A DNA stretch of 64,000 bases from Nemertoderma westbladi (taxonomy: Eukaryota > Animalia > Xenacoelomorpha). Where the stretch lies: positions 1 through 64,000 of the forward strand of contig JAUCBJ010005854.1 of assembly GCA_032718475.1 (NCBI GenBank), given 5' to 3'. Of the stretch, positions 1 through 10,400 are shown piece by piece. Under the pieces are notes generated by a model. The model ran no database searches. It had not been told where the DNA came from and was given only the letters and a program-made list of their open reading frames with translations. Each line of letters begins with the position of its first letter. Position 1 is the first letter of the stretch. Made by a program: the position numbers and the translations under genes.

Positions 1-1580
1 ACCTAATCAAGGAAGGTTCACAGTGTATCGGCAAGGTCTGGTCGTCGTTATTCGTTCCACTCTTCACCAACATTATCATACTCAGCAGTATCGCCCTCTG
101 TGGAAGTATCATCGTGTTCTTGGCTTCCAACGGTGAAGCTACTTTTGTGATCAACATAATAACCCCCAATAAAAATATGGATTCTGGGTACTATGTCACG
201 AGTACTTCGCTGCCCCCAACGAGCAAGGCTTCTTCCATAACTAGCACAACGGAGTACATCTCGACTCCATCATCAACTTCAAAGTCCCATCAAACATTAT
301 CAACGAACACAACTAACGCAGTTACGACCACGATCTCAACAGAGGTCTCAACGAGCATGACTAACGCGGTGACCAATATATCAGAGATAAATGTGACCAC
401 GATCTCGACAGAGGTCGCATCGAGCACAGCTAACGCGGGGACCATCAATGAGAACAACACATCAGTAATAAAGGAGACCTCGACCTCAACAGAGGATCCT
501 ACTACTACTACGTTCAAAGAAACGTCCACGGAATCAAATATTTCTTCAACGATTTCAACCACCTACTCCGTGAGCACTAGTGAGTACTTATTAACCACCT
601 CAACCACATCATTAAAACACCGCAATGTGAAACAAGGGGACCCTTGTAAACCCGAAGATTACCCAAACACTGTGGATGGCGTGTCCTGTATATTTCTTAC
701 GTATGCCGAGATACCAAATGCCATCGAACTGCACTTCTACAACGGCTTCACATTGATTTGGTTGATCGTGTTTGCTAAGGCCTTGGAACAGATGACATTG
801 GCTGGGGCCTTCGCCAGTTGGTATTGGGCACTCAACAACCACGCAGATAGCCCTGTGTGCACTTCCTTCAAAAAATGTATCCGCTACCACATGGGCTCCC
901 TCGCATTCGGCTCTTTGATCATCACAGTGATCAACCTAATCCGAATATTCCTATTGTTCATTCAAAGTAGAATTAAAGGAGCCACAAATAAATGCGCTAA
1001 GTTTACTCTGAAGATTTGTAGGTGCTGCTTCACATGTATCGAAAAGTTTGTAGTAATGCTAAACAAAAAGGCCTACATTGAAATCGCTATCTATGGTAAG
1101 AGTTTTTGCCCCTCTGCTAAGGATGCATTTTTCCTAATCATGCGAAACTGCTTGCGTGTCACTGTCATCAACCACATAACCGAATTCCTTAACTTCCTCG
1201 GGAAGGTCTTCGTCGTCTCATTGATCGTTTTAATATCGTTTTTCTTTTTTGACGGCCGAATTCCCCTGCCGGATCGTTATGGGCCACCAGAGTTAAACTA
1301 TACCTGGGTTCCAATCACTATGATCGTGATTGGTAGCTACTTCATCGTTGGCGACCTTTTCGATGTCTTCGACATGGCCATTGACACTCTCTTAATTTGT
1401 TTCCTTGAGGACCTCGAAAAGAACGACGGCTCAAAAGAGAGACCCTATCACATGAGTCAGAACCTGATGCGAATAGCCAACGTACAGAATATTAACCTTG
1501 GTAACGAAGGTGATGGCAAAATAAACAGAAAGCCCAAACGTAAAAGGTTTAAAACTCATATAAAATTAAAGAATAAATAA
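1..1580 (+). CDS. Choline transporter-like protein (SLC44A2/4/5-type), C-terminal part; ORF is open to the left window edge
   Basis: Frame is open from position 3 (LIKEGSQCIGKVWSSLFVPL...). SLC44 hallmarks: QMTLAGAFASWYW, RYHMGSLAFGSLII, CRCCFTCIEKF, AYIEIAIYGKSFCPSAKDAF, AIDTLLICFLEDLEKNDGSKERPYHMS. No intron in 1.58 kb. Confidence 0.93.
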   Translation, partial: LIKEGSQCIGKVWSSLFVPLFTNIIILSSIALCGSIIVFLASNGEATFVINIITPNKNMDSGYYVTSTSLPPTSKASSITSTTEYISTPSSTSKSHQTLSTNTTNAVTTTISTEVSTSMTNAVTNISEINVTTISTEVASSTANAGTINENNTSVIKETSTSTEDPTTTTFKETSTESNISSTISTTYSVSTSEYLLTTSTTSLKHRNVKQGDPCKPEDYPNTVDGVSCIFLTYAEIPNAIELHFYNGFTLIWLIVFAKALEQMTLAGAFASWYWALNNHADSPVCTSFKKCIRYHMGSLAFGSLIITVINLIRIFLLFIQSRIKGATNKCAKFTLKICRCCFTCIEKFVVMLNKKAYIEIAIYGKSFCPSAKDAFFLIMRNCLRVTVINHITEFLNFLGKVFVVSLIVLISFFFFDGRIPLPDRYGPPELNYTWVPITMIVIGSYFIVGDLFDVFDMAIDTLLICFLEDLEKNDGSKERPYHMSQNLMRIANVQNINLGNEGDGKINRKPKRKRFKTHIKLKNK

Positions 1581-2049
1581 ACTTACTCTTGCACTTAATA
1601 ATTGATAGTCTGTGTTGTATGATATAGCAAGAAAAATACTTGTTTACATAACGAATTTTATAACTATATTGTAAAACCTAGCTAACATAATTGATTATAT
1701 CAGTTCAATATTATTATTTGCTATCATTTTGCTCAACATGGCATTAAGAACCACATCAACAACATCAAGTGGTTTTAATAAATAAATGAATACACATCAA
1801 GTACTACCACGGCGGAAGACCTTTGTATAAATATTAATTTTACCGTGTAAATCTTAGAGCACATTACTCACTAGCTTATTAGCATAAAATATATTATTTT
1901 ATCCATTATAACGGCACCTATTCTGTCCACGCGTCTAGCTCTATCTTGAATCGTTTGACCACCTGCATTCACCTATGCAATGTTCATTATATAAATTGAA
2001 AGATAATCATTTGGTTCGTGGGCTCAAATGTTAATTGGCTGGAAAATGG

Positions 2050-2250
2050 GGCAAGCCACGAAAGTAAGCGAGCTCATCATACGGGTACGCTCTCAATCAG
2101 TGTGTCTGTTGATCTGTCGTGTCCTATTTTAAACGTTAATAATTCGGCCAAATCTCGATGAAAATAACCAAACTTGGCACACATGTTGTTTGGCAAAAGT
2201 TTAGAAATTTAAATTTTCCAAGTTGAATTTGCGTGTGGTCTGCGAGAAGC
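2050..2250 (+). mobile_element. Degenerate dispersed element, Helentron/HINE (DINE-1)-like family
   Basis: Starts ggcaagccacgaaagtaagcg, matching ggcgagccacgaaagtaagcg at ~52681 and gcgagccacg at ~34381; followed by gtctgt-type sequence. Boundaries approximate. Confidence 0.4.
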
Positions 2251-2784
2251 TAAGATAAAAGCAGTTAATTAGTTAATTAAGTTGATTACGGTGAAAAAAC
2301 AGCCTTTTTATGCTTGCCCTTTATTGGAAATTAGTATTTTCTAGTATAAGATATAAATAATTATACATAAAAATTATACAGCTGTAATCCCCATACCCCA
2401 TACCATTATAGATTTTATTTAATTAAGTGATTTGCTTTAAGAGATGTGTTTGTAATTGATCTACTCGTAATTACGTTATTAAAATACCCTGTCACTCTGT
2501 ACTTCCAACTCACTACTCATTTAGTCATTCCAATATTTTTTATGAATTTATAGAAGTATAATTTATATTGTATCTGCATTATATTGTTATAATGTGATTA
2601 AAATATGAACAATATTAGTGTAGGGGACAACACCTTAGATAATATACCTTCATCTAAGGTGTTGAATATTTCATATTATTGTTTTAATAATTTCTCTATT
2701 TTATTTTATTTAATCTTTTGCTTCATTTATTTTATACTGGGTGCGTGAACAATTGTAAATATAGTCAGGAAAATATTTTCATAT

Positions 2785-3071
2785 ATAATCTCTAGTTCAA
2801 TAGTGGTCGTACGAAGTTCATTTTAGGCTCATTCGAAAGCTCTTTTTTTTACTCAAGAGAACAAAGTTACGATTTGGTTTGTCAAACTCTTGAAAGCTGG
2901 CTGAGCAATCATAACTTGAACAATATTTGCAAAGCATGTTTTACCCAAATTAATGTTATGCTGCATCACAATAATTTTATCTTAAATCGAATGGTAACTT
3001 TGTTCTCTGAGAAAAGGTTTTCGAATGACCCTAAAACTAACTTCGTACGGCCACTAGAACTGGAGATTATA
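2785..3071. mobile_element. MITE-like inverted-repeat element
   Basis: Left ataatctctagttc(aa)tagtggtcgtacgaagttcattttaggctcattcgaaa matches the reverse complement of right ttcgaatgaccctaaaactaacttcgtacggccactagaactggagattat. Confidence 0.65.
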
Positions 3072-3446
3072 CATTTTGAAGATCTCCGGTGACCAATAGG
3101 TCTATTCCGTGCACGCCCACATTGACTCCGAAAATACCCCCCCCCCCCCCCCCCCCCCTTAAGAATGAAATCACGCACTAAATAATAAATAAATAATATA
3201 TGTTTTTCCTTTGTGATCCCTTGATTTATGATTAACTTCGCTCGCGTAGCGATATTTTTTATGATAAAGCGGCATCAGTGTAGGTGTAGGTCCTACATCT
3301 TGGTTTTTTGTAATAAAATTAATGATATTATATTTCCACAGTACCGGTACACAGTATTAGAATAATTGCCCAAATGTAATTTCACTTCTACACCTGTTGT
3401 TTGATAGGCCGCCAGTAGATTGGTTAGCAGGTTAGGTACCGACCGA

Positions 3447-4013
3447 TCATGACGGTTCAACAGAACCTGTTTTAGATAAATGTTTTACCAAATCCACCCA
3501 GTCCCATCCTCTAGGCCGTTCCCCTTTCATATTAATAAGTCTATCCAACATTCTCCTCTTCTGCGCCTTAGTAAACTGTTCTTTCTTTACTGCCGGGGTA
3601 GCTTGAGTCCTACTACTACTGGTGTTTGTACCGGTACCGGTACTCTGCACAATATCTGAGGAGGTCCTATTAGAATAACCTTCTGTTAAACTAACGATAT
3701 TCTCTTTAATAAATTCGATGAGAGTAAATGTCATAGCAGTTCCTAAGTTTTCCTCGGCAACTTCTACTAATTTTTCGGTTATATATTTCTTTGTTTCAGG
3801 ATTTATGTGGTTGTTAAAGAATAATTCTAGGGTAATATCTGGGAGTTGCTCGGGGTAGTTAGGAGTCCATCTGATTTGTAGGAGTAGTGCACACTGAGAA
3901 TCTTCGGTAGCTTCGAGTTTATATTGGAAAACTTTCGGACTAATTTCTCGAAAGTTGTCGTCGCCATCATAAATGGATGTTAGAATATCGAGTTCCTCTG
4001 TCTGTTCTTCCAT
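3447..4013 (-). CDS. RWDD4: RWD domain-containing protein 4, single coding exon
   Basis: 188 aa: EQTEELDILTSIY, YPEQLP (RWD YP motif), LGTAMTFTLIE, C-terminal KKEQFTKAQKRR...GERPRGWDWVDLVKHLSKTG typical of RWDD4. Confidence 0.9.
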   Translation of the reverse strand: MEEQTEELDILTSIYDGDDNFREISPKVFQYKLEATEDSQCALLLQIRWTPNYPEQLPDITLELFFNNHINPETKKYITEKLVEVAEENLGTAMTFTLIEFIKENIVSLTEGYSNRTSSDIVQSTGTGTNTSSSRTQATPAVKKEQFTKAQKRRMLDRLINMKGERPRGWDWVDLVKHLSKTGSVEPS

Positions 4014-4259
4014 CGTTAGATAAAAATTAAGTCAGTGAAAGAGCAGGCAGGTACCGGTCAGCCGGTACAGCGGTACAGACAGCAGTAGGGGGCCTAAGTA
4101 AATTAAGCCGGAAATTATGTAGGCCTATACCAGTAGGCCTATACGGTATACCGGTACCAATACATAATGCAGTACAACAGTACTAAGTGGTATGTAGTAT
4201 CAGAGTACTATTAAATCTCTGATTAGACTGCTCCTCGTGTCCGATCATGTCGAACTTAC

Positions 4260-4403
4260 ATGTACGGTGTAGTCCGGGTCTCTGTGGCATTATAGTTGGT
4301 ACAAACGCCACCGTTAAGACAAGGCATGTAGATGTCGCATTCGTCTATGTCTCTGCATAGCTTCGAACCAGATTCTATAACTTGCACGGCATTAATGGGG
4401 CAC
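4260..4403 (-). CDS. Cadherin exon 40 (calcium-binding EGF, incomplete)
   Basis: CPINA...LCRDIDECDIYMPCLNGGVCTN...PY|gtaagt; the domain continues in an exon not found in the window. Confidence 0.86.
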
Positions 4404-7400
4404 CTGGAAAAAGAATAGAATGAAAGAGGCTAATAATATCTACGTTTCGCATATTATATTATTGTGTGTAAGTTCTGGAAGGCTGGACATAAAAGTTAAA
4501 GTCAAAAGATAGAGAAAAGTAATTTCAGAATTCTAGAATATTTACTGGCAATGTGTTTTAGTAGCGACAACGCCGCGGCCTATAAGTAGGAATTAACCAG
4601 CTTACCGGCAGTGTGTTTCGTCTGGTAACGCAATGCATCGTTCAGTAAGCGCACAGGTGCCCGCCACGCACATGTCTGCACATCCTGCCTCCACGTTCTG
4701 ACTTCCTACAACCCGAACATCGTTTGTGCTGCCACCAAGCGGCATAGATATGAAATCGTAGCGGAGGTCCGATATACAACCTGGTAGGAATACCAATAAA
4801 TGAGTGTTTAATTAAAAATATTTGATGTTTTGGTTTTCTTTCAGAACGAAAGACAAGGGCGAACAAGTATGTCTGTTTCAAAAACGGGGAGAGCAAAATA
4901 ATAAATGTTATACAATAACACAAAATTATGTTGTTTTTGTTAACTCCAACTCATTTGTAAATAAATATCATGCACTTCTGGTCGAAATAACATTCAAAAT
5001 AGTTAAAATCGGAGCTACAGTAAACGAGATTTCATCGAGATGGGTTCAAGCGTATAGCTGATTACAGACAGACATTTCATTTCTTTGTTCAATACAATAA
5101 TCAGTATTAATAATTGTAACTCTAAAATCCTAACCTAAAACAGTGTTTACGCATTTCAGTTTATAGTAAACAATATAATTACGAAGTATAAATAAATAAG
5201 ATAAACAATGTTTGATTGATTATTATGCCGCTTCGTACCTTTAAAGTTTTGATCAACGTTGATGGGTCCGGGGCGCGAAAGATATTCATCGGTTGTAAGA
5301 ACAACCCCACCGCCAGCAAGAAGTTTAGTGTAGCGACTACCATCCAACCACCGGAGTTTACTGGATGTGTCGATAGTCTCGTGTCTAAAAAACAAATAAA
5401 ATTATAATAAAAAATATTAACGGGGTGGGTAGATGGGAGGAAACTTGACGTTGTATTTGATATGCTACAACAAAGCTACCAAACCAAAATTCGCACTGTG
5501 TAAACGTTGATTCGACTGAACAGGTCAGCGACAGTCAGTGAATTCCTCTTCTTGTTCAGATGTGTTGGGATGAGCTGAAGACCGAATAAGAAAAGGTAAG
5601 GCAAAGTCTGCAACTTTAATTCAGACTCTGCATTAAAGTAAATAATCAGTTCCTGATAGTTCCTGATCACGAGAAGATGTGATAGTGGAATCCGTAATAA
5701 AGCGCCACGAGGTAGCTCAAAGGGCCATGAGCTAACCACGGCTCCCTCGCATAATTGACTAATTATTCGAGTGTTTCTTATCACATCACCTACTCTAGAG
5801 TGCCGACAAACAATCGACTTATATGTACCCATTGACAACCAACCTGCCACCGCCTCCGTCCAGCTTCAGATGAATTTCTTCCCCATACCGTCTGACTTCG
5901 AGCCAATGCCACAGACCATCGTTAACCAACGATTTATCCAGAGAAATCCAATAGCCGACACCATCGCCCAAATCGTAACGAACGCCAGGGTATCCATTGA
6001 CAATCTAAAAGGAAAATGCCAATGTTAAGCGGTAGAAGTGATTATCAGTCCGCTAAGTTAACTAACTTAATAATAATGACTTATTAAGCTATGTCTGGGC
6101 AGTTTAGGTCTCGTTTCCACTTACCTCGATTTTCATGTACTCAAAAGAGTCCGTTTCCGCAGCAAATAACACAACGGGTTGTTTTTGAAGAGTTTTAAAT
6201 TTCACCAATATAGTCGACAAGAATTTGTTCGTACCCGTAATACTAGTTGTATAATTGATAAAAGAATTATCGCCAAAATAGTATCCAGTTGTTGCTAAAA
6301 TAGATAATTATGATTTATTACGAATAACTTTGGTCTAATTCCAACGTACACGGTCATTTACATGATAAAATATTGTTAAGGATTCAGACTTTCGCCTATG
6401 CTAGTTGCATCTCAAAATCATAGTCACTAACAAAGTGAAACAAATTAAATAGATCCACAAGTAATTAAATAGGAAATAATGATTTAATAAGGGCAGGGTG
6501 ACTATAATCGACTTACGGGCATCGCAGTTGTCACCGAAGAATCCTGGAAGACAATCGCATCGATAGAACTGTGTGAATGAGGCCTCACAGACGCCGTGCA
6601 GACAACGCAGACCAGGGGGAGAGGTCGGGGTTAAACACAAGTGGTTCGTCGCTAAAACCAAAACATATCAAAGGTGAATAATAATACAAAGTATGTCAAT
6701 CCGAAAGTTGTGTTGAAGAGTTACTGATTATTACCCGTGATTATCAACAGAGGTAACAATTGCACGTCAAATATTACAGCAAAAATACCAACATTACAGC
6801 GCCTCCAAAACCTATTACTGGGCAACTCAACGACGTGCTCATTATGGTGAATCATGTGCGTTTGCACACTCAGGAACATCGTATACATCCGATTTTCCAT
6901 TCTATCCATTTTTAACTTTACAAAGTGAATCACGTTGATTGTACATGTATATACATGGCTAATATTATTGCATCGACACACTCACATTTACACCCAAGGA
7001 AGGAGTCCTTTTCTCCAGCTGGGCTCGCCAAATCGATGTAATTACCATCGACCTTCAAACGCCGAATACAACCGGTAAACCCATCCTGGGAGAGTTGTTG
7101 GTAGTCGAACCATTTATCGATGCTTCTTCCGCCAAGCATAGTGGGACCAAGAGTATTCAATCGACTAAAACGAAAAGTTTATATGGACGTGTGAAATGTG
7201 CAACTAACAAAAAAAATATATGAAAATTCCGTCATTATTGTCTACAAGAAACCCTCATGAATCTACGACTAATGTTCGTGGACTAATTGGTACTTAATTG
7301 CTACACAGAAGGGGTTAGTAAGTTGTTGAATGGTTCCCGTGGACAATTTCAATAATAAATATGCATTACGAGTGTACACCATGCCCAGGAATATGGTGCG

Positions 7401-10400
7401 GTGAATTAGTGACATAGACCCCCTAATTTTGTTTACAAATCTTTAAGAGATTGTAAGAAATTTTAAAAACAAGAGACAGTTTCACCTCTTCAGAATGAAG
7501 CTGCCTTAGGGATGAAGAATAATTGCGTTGTAAGCTGTAAGGGTGTAACTGGTGCTGCTATATCGCTGAAGACACTTTTTTCAAACGCTTGTAGCTAAAG
7601 ATTGAAAGCGAAAATAAAAATTCTGACTCACCCACTAAGGAGGGGGGATATGAAACTATCTGTTTCAAATTCCATGCATAAGTATAAGATTAGTAGAAAA
7701 ATTTGGGGGTCCATCTCACTGAAATACGACAATATATTCCAGGACATGGGGTGTAGTTTACATTGTACAATGTAATGTTTGTTTGCTAGGAAGGTACTGG
7801 TACAACAACACTGTGTCTACCTACAGTGTATGCTATCTATATGGAATGAATTGTATTGTAGGCTTATCCCTAATACAGTAATATCAAAACTTCACTTTCA
7901 TAGATAATTTCCAAATTTCGCCAAAAATTCAAGCTTATTATTATTATTAATTAGGTTCGCCTTACAACCCTACATTCCCGCATTATGCTTTATAATTAGC
8001 CTAACTAATCGCATTAACTACCGGTAGCGGTAGCACTCAGCCATCTCGAAGAATTACATAATTACTTAGGCCTCATCAGTGATAAGAGTCAAGTGATGCG
8101 ATAGAATACGGTACCGCTGACTTACTGGCCTTACGAGTTAATTTTTCACGCGTGCAAGTGCAGTCATATGAAGAGTTTCATTGAATCCGTGGGTTACCCG
8201 GGGTCCCGACGCAGAGGTCTGCTACCGGCACCGGAGGTTGACCCCCTGTGCTGCTGCGAGTACATCAACCTGGAGGGCAACCGCTCCCACATCGTACAAT
8301 GCTGCTGCGACTGCGAGGCCCTGGACGGGGCGGTAGACCGACTGGTGCGCCGCCAGACCGTGGGAGCCGCCCACTGGGACGACGTTGTCTCGGTGGTCTC
8401 GGATCGGCTACGGATCCCGTGTATCGGCGGCGCTCGACGCCTCCCTATACAGGCCCTCGTCGCGTTCGCAGCGGTGGGACTTTCCTTACTCGCAGCATCC
8501 ACGGGCCCCGTCGCTCTCGTACTGACTCTACTATTCGCCAACTTGTCCTGCGGTTTTATATTCACTAGCTACGTACTTCTCCGTAAACGCAGCGACATGC
8601 TGCTATGGTTGTCCTTGTCGTGTCTCTGTTGGGCCTACATCCTCTTCCTATTGTACATCGCACCCGAGGCGAATCTCTCCCAACTCGATATCCTTGTACC
8701 GACCGTGTCTACCGGAGTTACCTTAATCCTCCTTTGGTTCATCAAGTTTCGCGATCCCGGGAAAGTTACAATAGATTCCTACGCGTTGCCAGAGAGACAG
8801 TCAGACCCACCCAATGCTAGCGGGTTGTACCAACCCAACGGGTCCCCGTACCAACCCCACGGTTTACACCCGCCCAACCAACCCATACTCAGACTCGGCC
8901 TGCGTGGTTGCCGTGGGACCCAACGACACTCCTGACGGCACCTGGTGCAGACACTGCCGCCAGAGGGCGCCACCCGGGGCCTCCCACTGTAAGATGTGCG
9001 CCCACTGCGTACACCGCCTGGACCACCACTGCCCCTGGCTTGACTGCTGCATAGGCGCGGGTAACCACAAGCAGTTCGTCATGTGTCTCGCCTCCTTCAT
9101 ACTCAGCTCTTCGCTCGGCCTGCGACACACCGTCCCAGTCCTATGGGCCCGCTCTTTCAAACAGAACACATCGGACCCTTGGAGCTCCGCCTCCCTCGCT
9201 CTCGCTATCGCCGCTATCTACATGACTTCCGCCTTCTCCGGGCTCCTACTATGGCAACTGTTTACGATATCCCGTAACATCCTTTGCGCGGAGTTGTTAT
9301 ACACGATCCAGACGGCCCGTTCGGCCAACCCCGAGATTCACCGCAGTATGGGCGCCTGGAGGTTCGGTCTGCACGTCATGCGAACCTACATTAGGACTAG
9401 AGATCGAGGGTTTATAACTAACTGGCGGCTATTTATTGCCGGTAGTAAGTCGAACTACCAAAGTGCTGCAACACTATCTCCCCGTGTCATCTACATGTGA
9501 ATGTGATGCGGTAGTCTATAATAATACCTCAGATGCTATTTTGTAATTAATTTATTAAACCGTAACTTATTAATCAACAGAGCGACGTTTGTTTATGCAA
9601 TTATAATTATAAAGTAACAGTGAAAACGATCATAAAATCTTCCTAACATTGAGTCACATTACAATAATCAAAATAAAGTTATAATTTCACTCCAATTTTG
9701 ACAAAATAGCCACATATATCACAGTATTTTACTTACTTTTGCTTTATTTTCTTTTAACTCCCGCCACTAAAGTGCCGTGACAACTCCCGCCAGTAAGTGC
9801 CGTAACAACTCCCGCCAGTAAGTGCCGTGACAACTCCAGCCAGTAAGTGCCGTAACAACACCCGCCAGTAAGTGCCCGTAACAACTCCCACCAGTAAGTG
9901 CCGTAACAACTCCCGCCAGTAAGTGCGTAACAACTCCCGTCAGTAAGTGACGTGACAACTCCAGCCAGTAAGTGCCGTAACAACACCCGCCAGTAAGTGC
10001 CGTAACAACTCCCGCCAGTAAGTGCCGTAACAACTCCCGCCAGTAAGTGCCGTGACAACTCCCGCCAGTAAGTGCCGTGACAACTCCAGCCAGTAAGTGC
10101 CGTAACAACACCCGCCAGTAAGTGCCGTAACAACTCCCACCAGTAAGTGCCGTGACAACTCCCGCCAGTAAGTGCCGTAACAATTCCCGCCAGTAAGTGC
10201 CGTGACAACTCCCGCCAGTATTGCCGTGACAACTCAAGCCAGTAGCGCCGTGACAACTCCCGCCAGTAGTGCCGTAACAACTCCCGCCAGTAGTGCGTAA
10301 CAACTTAAGCCAGTAGCGCCGTAACAACTCCCGCCAGTAAGTGCCGTAACAACTCCCGCCAGTAAGTGCCGTAACAACTCCCGCCAGTAAGTGCCGTAAC

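Noticed and set aside
1918-1972. Possible further minus-strand exon (VNAGGQTIQDRARRVDRI)
   Set aside because: In the phase needed after exon 40 it hits a stop at once and has no EGF cysteines; unsupported.
3137-3158. Poly-C run of ~22 nt
   Set aside because: Simple homopolymer of unreliable length with no further evidence of function.
8862-8892. 31-nt GT-AG intron repairing the ZDHHC23 frame
   Set aside because: Weak donor (gtttac), no polypyrimidine tract, and much shorter and more GC-rich than the other introns here; not formally excluded.
8936-8963. Antizyme-like pseudoknot after the UGA
   Set aside because: The second stem (ctgg/ccag) would need a zero-length loop 3; only a simple stem is supportable.
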